From assembly GCA_948436975.1 (NCBI GenBank), contig CAOJJB010000001.1, positions 80,095 to 144,094 of the forward strand: 64,000 nt of DNA, given 5' to 3'. This stretch comes from an uncultured Clostridium sp. GTDB taxonomy: Bacteria; Bacillota; Clostridia; TANB77; CAG-508. The translations under genes and the position numbers were made by a program. Position 1 is the first letter of the stretch. Each line of letters starts with the position of its first letter. Below the pieces are notes generated by a model. That model was given only the letters and a program-made list of their open reading frames with translations, did no database searches and was not told the DNA's origin. Shown here in pieces: positions 8,603 to 17,145 of this stretch.

Positions 8603-11600
8603 ATGAAAAGGAAAATGTTAATCTCAATTGCATTAATTATGATTATGCTATTGAATTGCATGATGCCAATTATGGTAAATGCAGTAACAGGTGAAGAGAT
8701 TCAACTAAACAGTAACTTATATAAAGCTGTTAAGAAAAGCCTTACAATACAAGGTATAGAGTTTTCAGCTGATGATGTTACTCACAAGTTAACTTTAAGT
8801 AATGGTACTAAATCTTCAATAACAAGATTAGACTTAAATGAAGCTTCAATTACAGATTTGACAGATTTAGATCAGTTTACAGAATTAACACACTTAGAGT
8901 TATCAGGAAATAATTTAACTCAAACAAGTAATTTAAATGTATTAAATAACTTATCAAAGTTAAACTATTTAGATTTATCTACTAACCAATTAGAAAATGT
9001 TAGTGATATAAAAAACTTAATAACTACATTACAAGAAAAAGGAACAATTATACTAAGTGGTCAACAGATTACTAGTATTGAAAAAGTTTTTGTAGATGGT
9101 GAAGAAGATTCAGACAATGCAGAAACTGCTACATTTGAGTTACCAAGTATATTAGAATTAGCTGGTTATATAAAATCAAATTGGAAATCAACAAAAAGTA
9201 AAGCAGAAACATCAAATGATATAGCACCATTTATAAGTGTTGATAGTATTCCTATGTATGTAACACCAGATAATAATAAAATATCAGTTAATATAAGCAG
9301 TGAAAGTGGTAAAGGATACAAAGGTCTACTAGAAGTTAATATACATATTTATGATGATGCTACTGAGGCTGGTAGTGCTAAAAATCCAAATAAAGCTGCT
9401 GAAAATATTTTAAATGGAAGTCAATTTAAACTTTATTATGTTGTACATGATAAATCATCAGAAGCTATTACTACAATGGATACAAATTTATATTATGCTA
9501 TAAAAGAGCAATTAACAGCTGGTCAAACTGTAAATTCACAATTAGAAAGCTATCCATACTCTGTTGATAAAAATGGAGATATTATATATCAAACTTATAC
9601 ATATACAACATCTGGAAATAATAGAACTTTAACAAATACAAAAACAGGTACAAATGATTATATATATGATTATAAAACTAATATTTTATATAAAAATAAT
9701 TCAGGAAATAAAGGTGCTGTAGTAAATACTATAGTAGAACCTACAATTGTTAATACAGCAGATGGTAATGGTACTATTACTTCAAAAGAAGGATATAAAG
9801 TTGCATATATAGGACAAGAAGCAAATAAGACACTTTATATTCAAGCATATGATGATGCTAAAACATTTGTAATAGATGATTTAGTTTTAACAAATAAAAT
9901 AACATCATTAATATTAAATAATAAACAAATTAGAGATTTAGATGGAATAGAATGTTTTATAGGTTTAACAAGTAAATTAAATGTTTCTCATAACTATTTA
10001 GATAATTTAACAGCTTTATATTATATGGATGCTCAAAAAGATAGTTGGGAAAAACAAATTGTTGATAAATATAATGATTATTTGAGAAATAGAAGTTATG
10101 GAAATTTATCAAAATCAGTAGAAAATGCTAAAAAAGTACAAGAAGATATAAATAAAAATTCTCAAGATATAACTAATGCATATAATCAAATTATAAACTT
10201 ATTAGTAGATGCATCTAAATTAGATGCTACAAAAGAGAATTATGAAGATGAAATAAAAAATAAGGCAACTTCTATCGAAAAAATATTAGATTCAATATAT
10301 GGATATACAGATGAACAAGGAAAATATCAAGCAGGTTATGTAGATAAAATAAAAGGATATACAGATGCTGGTAAAGCTGTAAAAGGTAATGTTGATGATT
10401 TAAATAAAGAAATATCTCAAATGTATAATTATTTAGCAAAATTATATGTAATATATAATAATGAATATAAATTAACAACTTTGTTAAGTCCTAATGTTAA
10501 TTATATAACTTATGATGAATATGAAAAATATGATAAAGCAACACGTGAATCAGCAGATACAGCAAAAGCTTTAGTTGAAGAAGAAATTGAATATTTAAAA
10601 ACTTTAGAGGCAGCAGGTGGTTTATCTGATTTAGATAAAGAATTATTAAAAACAGCTTTTTCAGGACTTAAATTTGATTCAGAAGAGGACAAAACACCAT
10701 TAGCAGATTATTTTACAAAATATTTAGAAGAAAATGCTTTAGGTAGAGTAAAATCATTAGAATTATTAGATAAATTTAGAGAAATAGGTATTTATTCAGA
10801 AATGGCAAATTATTGCCTAATTAAAAGAATGAATAAAAATACACCTAGTGGATATTGTTATGAAGAGGAATACTTAGAAAATAGAATAAAAGAATTAGAA
10901 ACAGAGGAAATTCCAACAGTTTTAGAACATAAAATGTTAGAATATGTAAAAAATAAAACTAAATATAATCAATTAGGTTTAAGCGAAGTATATGATAAAT
11001 ATAAAAATACTAAGTATACATATAAATTTGAAACTACTGCTATAGAGGTAAGTACATGCAAAGGTGCATATGATAGATTACATAATCAAACTCCTATAAT
11101 TGCTGGAACTAATGGATATACAAGCGAGCAATTAATAAAAAATGCGAAAGAAGCAGCAAAATTATTAGATACAGATACTACACAAATTACAAGTATAACT
11201 AATGTAGTAAATAAATTAGCTGGAAATGCAACTAGAGTAATTAGTAAAGTAGATTTATATGAAGTAATTGGTTCAACAACAAAATATACAAGTGAAGTTA
11301 ATAAATTATTCTTATATAATCAAATGATGAGTTTATCAAATAAATTATTAACTGGAGATGTAAGTAGATATGTTACATTACCAAGACTTAAAAACTTAGA
11401 TATATCATATAATGCTGAATTAGAAGATATATCAAGAATATCTGAATTAGAAACACTATATGAATTAAATGCAAGTTATTGTTATATAGGAGATATAGTA
11501 AATATTGATTGGACAGCTATGCCAAATCTAAAAAGATTATCTTTAGCATATAACTATATATCAGATATAAGCTCATTACTAGATATATCAACATTAAAAT

Positions 11601-12691
11601 CATTAGATTTAAGTAATAACTTAATATCAGGAAAATTAAATATTTCTGAACAACAATATATGAAATTATTCAAAAGAATGGAAGAATTTAATTTAGCAGG
11701 AAATCAAATTACAGATATAGAAAGCTTATTAATATATTTAGATTATATATCATCAGGAAATTATGCTAATTATTTAGCAAGAGAAGATACATTAAATATA
11801 AATTTAAATAATCAAGATATTGAATTAGTAATTAATGATAAAATAAGTTTAGAACAATATCCTACAACAATTGATGTAGAATTACCAAAAATATTTACAC
11901 AATTATTAGCAATAGATACAGAAAGAACAGGATTTGGTGAAACAAGCCAAAAAGGAAGAATAGAAGCCGAAGGAAAATATGTTACATTAAATACAAGAAC
12001 AGCAGGAGATAAAATAGGAAAAGTAGAAGTATTACCTATGAGTGGTAATGGAACAAAAGTGGATACATGTGTTGGAAGTGGAACAACAGCAACTATATAC
12101 TATACTGTTGAAGGAAATGCATCAAATCCAAATCCACCAGAGAACCCAGGAAATACAACAGATCCAGAAAATAAGCCAGTAGATCCAGGAAATATAATAG
12201 ATCCAGGAAACCCAGATGATTCAAACACAGGTGTTGATACAAGTAAGTTAGGATACAGAGTGGGAGAAGAATATTTAACAAATGTAGCAGCTATGACACC
12301 AGTTTCAGATTTCAAAACAATTTTACTAAATGGATTACAATATAATGTGGTAGTAACAAAAGATGAAAAAGAAGTTACATCAGGAAATATGATGACAGGT
12401 ATGTATGTAAAGATTTTAGATAAAGATGGAAATACAGTAGAAGATCAAAATGGAGACCTTTTAGTATATCAAGTAGTAGTAAAAGGTGATGTAAATGGAG
12501 ATGGAGTAGCAAATGCTTTTGATTCTAATTTAATAAAAGCATATAGAGTTGAAGTAACAAGATTAGAAGGAGCAGAATTTGAAGCAGCAGATATAAATAG
12601 TGATGGAAAAGTAGATGTTACAGATTCAAAACTATTATTATATCATAGAGCAGAAGTAGCAGGATATAACTTAAACTTTTCAAAAAAATAA
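8603..12691 (+). CDS. Secreted leucine-rich-repeat (internalin-like) protein with a long helical middle region and a C-terminal dockerin
   Basis: Signal peptide MKRKMLISIALIMIMLLNCMMPIMVNA. There are three blocks of about 22-aa LRRs, for example ITRLDLNEASITDLTDLDQFTELTHLELSGNNLTQ and LKRLSLAYNYISDISSLLDISTLKSLDLSNNLISG. A Pro/Asn linker reads NPNPPENPGNTTDPENKPVDPGNIIDPGNP. The C-terminus carries duplicated DVNGDGVANAFD and DINSDGKVDVTD Ca-binding loops. Confidence 0.8.
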   Translation: MKRKMLISIALIMIMLLNCMMPIMVNAVTGEEIQLNSNLYKAVKKSLTIQGIEFSADDVTHKLTLSNGTKSSITRLDLNEASITDLTDLDQFTELTHLELSGNNLTQTSNLNVLNNLSKLNYLDLSTNQLENVSDIKNLITTLQEKGTIILSGQQITSIEKVFVDGEEDSDNAETATFELPSILELAGYIKSNWKSTKSKAETSNDIAPFISVDSIPMYVTPDNNKISVNISSESGKGYKGLLEVNIHIYDDATEAGSAKNPNKAAENILNGSQFKLYYVVHDKSSEAITTMDTNLYYAIKEQLTAGQTVNSQLESYPYSVDKNGDIIYQTYTYTTSGNNRTLTNTKTGTNDYIYDYKTNILYKNNSGNKGAVVNTIVEPTIVNTADGNGTITSKEGYKVAYIGQEANKTLYIQAYDDAKTFVIDDLVLTNKITSLILNNKQIRDLDGIECFIGLTSKLNVSHNYLDNLTALYYMDAQKDSWEKQIVDKYNDYLRNRSYGNLSKSVENAKKVQEDINKNSQDITNAYNQIINLLVDASKLDATKENYEDEIKNKATSIEKILDSIYGYTDEQGKYQAGYVDKIKGYTDAGKAVKGNVDDLNKEISQMYNYLAKLYVIYNNEYKLTTLLSPNVNYITYDEYEKYDKATRESADTAKALVEEEIEYLKTLEAAGGLSDLDKELLKTAFSGLKFDSEEDKTPLADYFTKYLEENALGRVKSLELLDKFREIGIYSEMANYCLIKRMNKNTPSGYCYEEEYLENRIKELETEEIPTVLEHKMLEYVKNKTKYNQLGLSEVYDKYKNTKYTYKFETTAIEVSTCKGAYDRLHNQTPIIAGTNGYTSEQLIKNAKEAAKLLDTDTTQITSITNVVNKLAGNATRVISKVDLYEVIGSTTKYTSEVNKLFLYNQMMSLSNKLLTGDVSRYVTLPRLKNLDISYNAELEDISRISELETLYELNASYCYIGDIVNIDWTAMPNLKRLSLAYNYISDISSLLDISTLKSLDLSNNLISGKLNISEQQYMKLFKRMEEFNLAGNQITDIESLLIYLDYISSGNYANYLAREDTLNINLNNQDIELVINDKISLEQYPTTIDVELPKIFTQLLAIDTERTGFGETSQKGRIEAEGKYVTLNTRTAGDKIGKVEVLPMSGNGTKVDTCVGSGTTATIYYTVEGNASNPNPPENPGNTTDPENKPVDPGNIIDPGNPDDSNTGVDTSKLGYRVGEEYLTNVAAMTPVSDFKTILLNGLQYNVVVTKDEKEVTSGNMMTGMYVKILDKDGNTVEDQNGDLLVYQVVVKGDVNGDGVANAFDSNLIKAYRVEVTRLEGAEFEAADINSDGKVDVTDSKLLLYHRAEVAGYNLNFSKK
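12485..12665 (+). other. Dockerin module (type-I-like duplicated EF-hand loops) of the LRR protein
   Basis: GDVNGDGVANAFDSNLIKAYRVEVTRLEGAEFEAADINSDGKVDVTDSKLLLYHRAEVAG contains two DxNxDGxxxxxD loops, each followed by a helix. Confidence 0.8.
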
Positions 12692-12902
12692 AAGTAATTT
12701 GTAGTATATAAAATAAAATTTGTGAAAAAATATTAGTTAAGATTAATTTTATAGGGGAGTGCAAAGCACTTCCCAAACAAATAATATGTTTAAAAATATT
12801 TTTATTGTAAATAAATGTCAAATATACCAAAAAAAGGTATTGCAATTTAAAATAAGAAATGATATTCTTATAGTGTACAAGCAAAAGAGGAGAAGAATAA
12901 TT

Positions 12903-13820
12903 ATGAAAAAAAGTAAATTAATAATATTGCAATTATTTATTGCATCTGTACTAATCTGTACAAGTGTATATGCTGCTGTAAGTACGACTATAGGACTTTC
13001 AGTTTCTAATACATCTGTTAAAAGAGGTGATAAAGTTACTGTAACATTATCTTTGAAAGATGTAGATAGTAGTAAAAAAGTAACAAGTATTGATGGTTAT
13101 ATTAATTATAATACTAATATTTTTGAAACAATTAATGTTGATAGTATACAGAAAGATTCTGATGGTACTGTACAGATAGGAAATGAAAAATTGAAAGTAG
13201 AAGATGTAACAAATGCAACAGTAGAAGACTTACCAAGTTCATCAGCATATATAGCTTTTAATGGAGCACCATTAAGTGATGAAAACAATACAAGAATTGT
13301 AATTGATTTTAGTAGTGGAATTAATGCAAATACAGATTTATTAAAAATAGATTTTAAGGTAAAATCAGATGCTTCAATAGGAGAAATAAAAAATGCAATA
13401 ACTTATTCTAATTTTCATATAACAGCAGGATCAGAAGTAGTACAAGTTACAGAAAATATTAGCTTAAATATACAACAATCAGGAAATACCCAAAATCCAG
13501 ACCCTGATGAAAATAAGAATGAAAACAAAAACGAAAATATAAATGAAAATAACAATAAAAATGAAAACAAGAATGAAAATAAAAATGAGAATAAAAATGA
13601 TAGCAAAAATGAAAATAAAAACACAAATCAAAATATAAACAAGAATACAAATAAAAATATAAATAATACAACTAATATTTCAAATAGAAATATTAATGAC
13701 AATAGAGCATCAGGAATATTACCAGCAACAGGTGCAAAAGTTATAATATTACCAGCAATAGCTTTAATAATACTAGCATGTGTATGTTATAACAAATATA
13801 TAAAATATAAAGACATATAA
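12903..13820 (+). CDS. Cell-wall-anchored (LPATG) cohesin-like domain protein, a putative anchoring scaffoldin
   Basis: I shortened the track ORF (12759..) to the ATG at 12903 (MKKSKLIILQ...), which has agaggag about 8 nt upstream and begins a signal peptide. A beta-rich module of about 165 aa reads VKRGDKVTVTLSLKDVDSSKKVTSIDGYINYNTNIFETINV...LLKIDFKVKSDASIGEIKNAITYSNF and fits the cohesin pattern. It is followed by an Asn/Lys spacer, then LPATG (13719..13733), a TM segment and the basic tail YNKYIKYKD. Confidence 0.65.
   Translation: MKKSKLIILQLFIASVLICTSVYAAVSTTIGLSVSNTSVKRGDKVTVTLSLKDVDSSKKVTSIDGYINYNTNIFETINVDSIQKDSDGTVQIGNEKLKVEDVTNATVEDLPSSSAYIAFNGAPLSDENNTRIVIDFSSGINANTDLLKIDFKVKSDASIGEIKNAITYSNFHITAGSEVVQVTENISLNIQQSGNTQNPDPDENKNENKNENINENNNKNENKNENKNENKNDSKNENKNTNQNINKNTNKNINNTTNISNRNINDNRASGILPATGAKVIILPAIALIILACVCYNKYIKYKDI
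13506..13702 (+). repeat. Low-complexity Asn/Lys/Glu-coding microsatellite-like tract (NENK repeats), a putative wall-spanning spacer
   Basis: Imperfect reiterations of aatgaaaa(c/t)aa(a/g) encode NENKNENKNENINENNNKNENKNENKNENKNDSKNENKNTNQNINKNTNKNINN. Confidence 0.8.
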
Positions 13821-13846
13821 TGTTTTCTTGAAATAATAAAATCCCT

Positions 13847-13876
13847 AAAGAGATAGTTGAAACTATCTCTTTTTTG
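13847..13876 (+). terminator. Rho-independent terminator after the cohesin-like gene
   Basis: aagagatag (13848..13856) pairs with ctatctctt (13863..13871), with loop ttgaaa, followed by a T-run. Confidence 0.75.
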
Positions 13877-14019
13877 TTACAAAAAAGAAAAGAATATGAA
13901 AGTATTAATTACGTAAGAAAAGTTTGTAAAATTACATAAATTGTAAAAATATTTTTATATGCAATTTTAATAAAATATAGTATATTAAAATAAATATAAT
14001 AGGGATTGGAAAATGAAAA

Positions 14020-15492
14020 ATGAAGACAAATTATAAAATTTTTTTAGCTATATTATTTGAATTAATAATTTTAATAGGAATAGTAATAATAGGATTTAAA
14101 ATAAATAAAAAAGAAATAAATGTTGTAAATAAAAATATAGAACTTAATGCAGAGAATTTTGAAACAGAACAAATAAACAATACATTAAAAGAACATGAAA
14201 TAGGGTCATATAATTTAAAAAAAGATGCTACTATTGTATTAAAGTATATAGATAGAAATACTAATGAGGAAATATCAGAAGAAGTAATAAAAAAAGGAAG
14301 AATACTTGAAGAATATGACATTTCAGAACAACAAAAAGAAATATCTGGATATGTAATAGTTGAAAAGCCAGAATCAACAGGAAGATATACAAAAGAAAGA
14401 GAAGAAAAAGTATATACTTATGCAAGAGAAAGTAAAGTAATAGTAAATCATATAGATAAAAATACAGGAACAAAGCTAGAAGTATCAGAATACATTGGAA
14501 AAGAAGGTGATAAATATACATCTTCACCAAAGGATATAGAAAATTATGCAATTATAGAAGTACCTGAGCAAGAAACAGTAACAATGACAAAAGAACCAGT
14601 AACAATAAATTATTATTATGATAAAATATTAACAGGAGCAATAGAAAAACATATAGATATTACTACAAATGAATTATTAGAAACAACATTATATGAAGGA
14701 TCAGAAGGAGCAGAGTATAATACAGTATCGAAAGAATTTGAAGGATATAGTTTAGTAGAAAGTATGTTACCACAAAATGCAAATGGGCAATTAGGAGTAG
14801 AAGTAATAGAAATTAAATATTATTATATAAGAAAAATTTCAGTGAAAGTAGAATATATAAATAATATAACAAAACAACAAATAGAAAATAGTACAGAAAT
14901 AATAAGGGGAATTGAAGGAGATTCTTATAAAACAGAAGAAAAAAATTTTAATGAGTATAAACTTATATCTAAAACAGATAATATAACTGGAGAAATGAAA
15001 GCTATACAAAATGAACAAGGAAAAATAAATGATGAGATATTAGTGCAATATTATTATGTTAAAAAATCAGGAGGAGTGAAAGAACAACATATAGATAACG
15101 AAACAGGAGCTTTGTTAAAGGAAATAGTATATACAGGATATGAAGGAGAGAAATTCAATACTAATCCTAAATTTTTTGAAGGTTATGTATTATTAAATAA
15201 AGAAATACCTACAGAAATAGAAGGTATAATGAAAGAAAAAGATATAATAATAAAATATTATTATAAAAAGTTAGATCAAATAAAAGGCGAAGTTGCTAAT
15301 ATAGATAGTGAAGATACAGATAATAGTATGGTGGATACAGGAGATATATTAGTAATTACATCAATAGTAGTAGTTATTATATTAATTTTAATAAATACAT
15401 ATGAATTTAGTAGAGAACATAGAGAAAAAATAAAGAAAAAGATACAAGAAAAAGGATATAGAAAATTAGTAAGAAGGAGAATAAAAAGGTAG
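14020..15492 (+). CDS. Surface protein with five MucBP-like repeats, an N-terminal TM and a C-terminal TM plus basic tail
   Basis: Five repeats of about 65-75 aa have the form (V/I)xxx(Y/H)IDxxTxxxL....Y.G.EG..Y......F.GY.L.........(I/V)..YYY, for example VIVNHIDKNTGTKLEVSEYIGKEGDKYTSSPKDIENYAIIE...VTINYYY. The C-terminus reads MVDTGDILVITSIVVVIILILI followed by the very basic tail REHREKIKKKIQEKGYRKLVRRRIKR. Confidence 0.7.
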   Translation: MKTNYKIFLAILFELIILIGIVIIGFKINKKEINVVNKNIELNAENFETEQINNTLKEHEIGSYNLKKDATIVLKYIDRNTNEEISEEVIKKGRILEEYDISEQQKEISGYVIVEKPESTGRYTKEREEKVYTYARESKVIVNHIDKNTGTKLEVSEYIGKEGDKYTSSPKDIENYAIIEVPEQETVTMTKEPVTINYYYDKILTGAIEKHIDITTNELLETTLYEGSEGAEYNTVSKEFEGYSLVESMLPQNANGQLGVEVIEIKYYYIRKISVKVEYINNITKQQIENSTEIIRGIEGDSYKTEEKNFNEYKLISKTDNITGEMKAIQNEQGKINDEILVQYYYVKKSGGVKEQHIDNETGALLKEIVYTGYEGEKFNTNPKFFEGYVLLNKEIPTEIEGIMKEKDIIIKYYYKKLDQIKGEVANIDSEDTDNSMVDTGDILVITSIVVVIILILINTYEFSREHREKIKKKIQEKGYRKLVRRRIKR

Positions 15493-15518
15493 TTATTTTA
15501 TGTATTATAAATAAACTA

Positions 15519-15547
15519 TTGCATAAAAATAGTTATATTGGTATAAT
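15519..15547 (+). promoter_or_regulatory. Sigma-A-type promoter upstream of lemA
   Basis: TTGCAT (15519..15524), a 17-nt spacer, then TATAAT (15542..15547). TG sits at 15539..15540, one base further upstream than in the canonical TGnTATAAT extended -10. Confidence 0.6.
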
Positions 15548-15577
15548 ATATTAAATTTAATATATTGGAGGAAAAAA

Positions 15578-16129
15578 ATGGTAATTGCATTAATAGTTGT
15601 ATTGGTATTAATTATAATATTTGTTTCAATGTACAATAGACTAATACAATCAAGAAATAAAGTAAAAAATGCATGGGGACAGATAGATGTTCAATTGCAA
15701 AGAAGATTTGATTTAATACCAAATCTAGTTGAAGCAGTAAAAGGATATATGACACATGAACAAGATACATTAACAAAAGTTACAGAGTTGAGAACATCAT
15801 GGGCAAATGCAGTAACAGTAGGAGAAAAAGCTGATTTAGATAATCAGTTATCAGGAACTTTGAAAACGATTATGGCTGTTTCAGAAAATTATCCAGATTT
15901 AAAAGCAAATCAAAACTTTGCAACATTACAAGAAGAATTAAGAAGTACAGAAAATAAAATCTCTTATGCAAGACAATTTTACAATGATAGTGTTACAATG
16001 TATAATACAAAATTACAAGTTATACCTACAAATATAATTGCTTCTATGTTTCATTTTGAATCAGAAGAATTATTTAAAGCTGAATCAGAAGAAGCTAGAA
16101 AAAATGTAAAAGTTGATTTTAGTAAATAA
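15578..16129 (+). CDS. lemA: LemA family protein
   Basis: N-terminal TM, then YNRLIQSRNKVKNAWGQIDVQLQRRFDLIPNLVEAVKGYMTHE...YPDLKANQNF..LQEEL..TENKISYARQFYND, the canonical LemA sequence. It is paired with htpX as in many genomes. Confidence 0.9.
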   Translation: MVIALIVVLVLIIIFVSMYNRLIQSRNKVKNAWGQIDVQLQRRFDLIPNLVEAVKGYMTHEQDTLTKVTELRTSWANAVTVGEKADLDNQLSGTLKTIMAVSENYPDLKANQNFATLQEELRSTENKISYARQFYNDSVTMYNTKLQVIPTNIIASMFHFESEELFKAESEEARKNVKVDFSK

Positions 16130-16133
16130 TTAA

Positions 16134-16163
16134 AAAAGCCACTATTATATAGTGGTTTTTTTG
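16134..16163 (+). terminator. Weak hairpin plus T-run between lemA and htpX (possible partial terminator)
   Basis: ccactat (16139..16145) pairs with atagtgg (16149..16155) with a 3-nt loop, followed by 7 T residues. Confidence 0.4.
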
Positions 16164-16191
16164 TAAAATAATAATGAAGGAGGAGAACTAT

Positions 16192-17082
16192 ATGTATGAT
16201 GATATAAAGAAAAATAAAATAAAAACAGGAATGATTATTTTTATTTTTTTAACTATAATAACACTAATTTTATATTTTTTATGTTATTCTTTTGATTTTG
16301 GTGAATATGCTATAGTAATAGCATTAATATTTTCTATAATATCTACTATAGCAACATATTATAATTGTGATAAAGTAGTGCTTGCTTCAGTAAATGCTAG
16401 ACCAGCTACTAAAGAGGAAGATTTAAAGTTAACCAATATTTTAGAAGGCTTGATGATAACTTCAGGTCTTACATCAAAACCTAGATTATATGTAGTAGAT
16501 TCGAAACAACCAAATGCTTTTGCAACAGGAAGAAATCCAGAAAATGCTATAATTTGTGTTACACAAGGTTTATTAGAAAAATTAGATTATTATGAACTAG
16601 AAGGAGTCGTTGCACATGAACTTTCACATATTAAAAATTATGATATAAGATTATCAGCTGTTATTAGTGTTATGGTAGGATTTGTTATAATGTTATCAGA
16701 TATTTTTTTAAGAATATCATTTAGAAGTAAAAAGAAAAATGACGATAACAGTAGCGGAAATACGATAATCATGCTAATAGGTTGTGTTTTTCTTATAATT
16801 TCTCCAATTGTATCACAATTGATACAATTGGCTGTATCTAGGAGAAGAGAGTATTTAGCGGATGCAACAGCAATTTCTTTTACAAGAAATCCAGATGGAC
16901 TAATATCTGCTTTGAAAAAAATTAGTTCAGATGAAGAAGAACTAGATGTAGCAAGCAATAGCAATGCCCATATGTATATTGTAACCCCATTTAAAAATAA
17001 GAGAAAAAAACGTCAAAGTTCACTGTTTTCAACTCACCCAGGGATAGCTGAAAGAATAGAAGCCCTAGAGAAATTAAGATAA
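16192..17082 (+). CDS. htpX: M48-family zinc metalloprotease HtpX-like
   Basis: I moved the start to the ATG at 16192, 6-8 nt after GAAGGAGGAG; the track start 16174 overlaps the RBS. The protein has TM segments, the HELSHIKNYD (HExxH) motif, and a downstream REYLADA glutamate-containing motif. Confidence 0.85.
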   Translation: MYDDIKKNKIKTGMIIFIFLTIITLILYFLCYSFDFGEYAIVIALIFSIISTIATYYNCDKVVLASVNARPATKEEDLKLTNILEGLMITSGLTSKPRLYVVDSKQPNAFATGRNPENAIICVTQGLLEKLDYYELEGVVAHELSHIKNYDIRLSAVISVMVGFVIMLSDIFLRISFRSKKKNDDNSSGNTIIMLIGCVFLIISPIVSQLIQLAVSRRREYLADATAISFTRNPDGLISALKKISSDEEELDVASNSNAHMYIVTPFKNKRKKRQSSLFSTHPGIAERIEALEKLR

Positions 17083-17089
17083 TTGTTAA

Positions 17090-17118
17090 TTGACAAAATA
17101 ATAATTTAATAGTATAAT
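17090..17118 (+). promoter_or_regulatory. Consensus sigma-A promoter of the G5/3D-domain gene
   Basis: TTGACA (17090..17095), a 17-nt spacer, then TATAAT (17113..17118). Confidence 0.75.
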
Positions 17119-17145
17119 GACCTTGCAAGTTTGAGGAGGAGATTT

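Noticed and set aside
12754-12774. The hairpin gggagtgc/gcacttccc between the LRR-dockerin and cohesin-like genes, considered as a terminator
   Set aside because: The stem is bulged and no U-tract follows. The two genes may well be co-transcribed, so I did not call it.
12759-12902. The upstream extension of the cohesin-like ORF (MQSTSQTNNMFKNIF...)
   Set aside because: No RBS is present and the N-terminus does not look like a signal peptide. The internal ATG at 12903 has a good RBS and starts a classic signal peptide.
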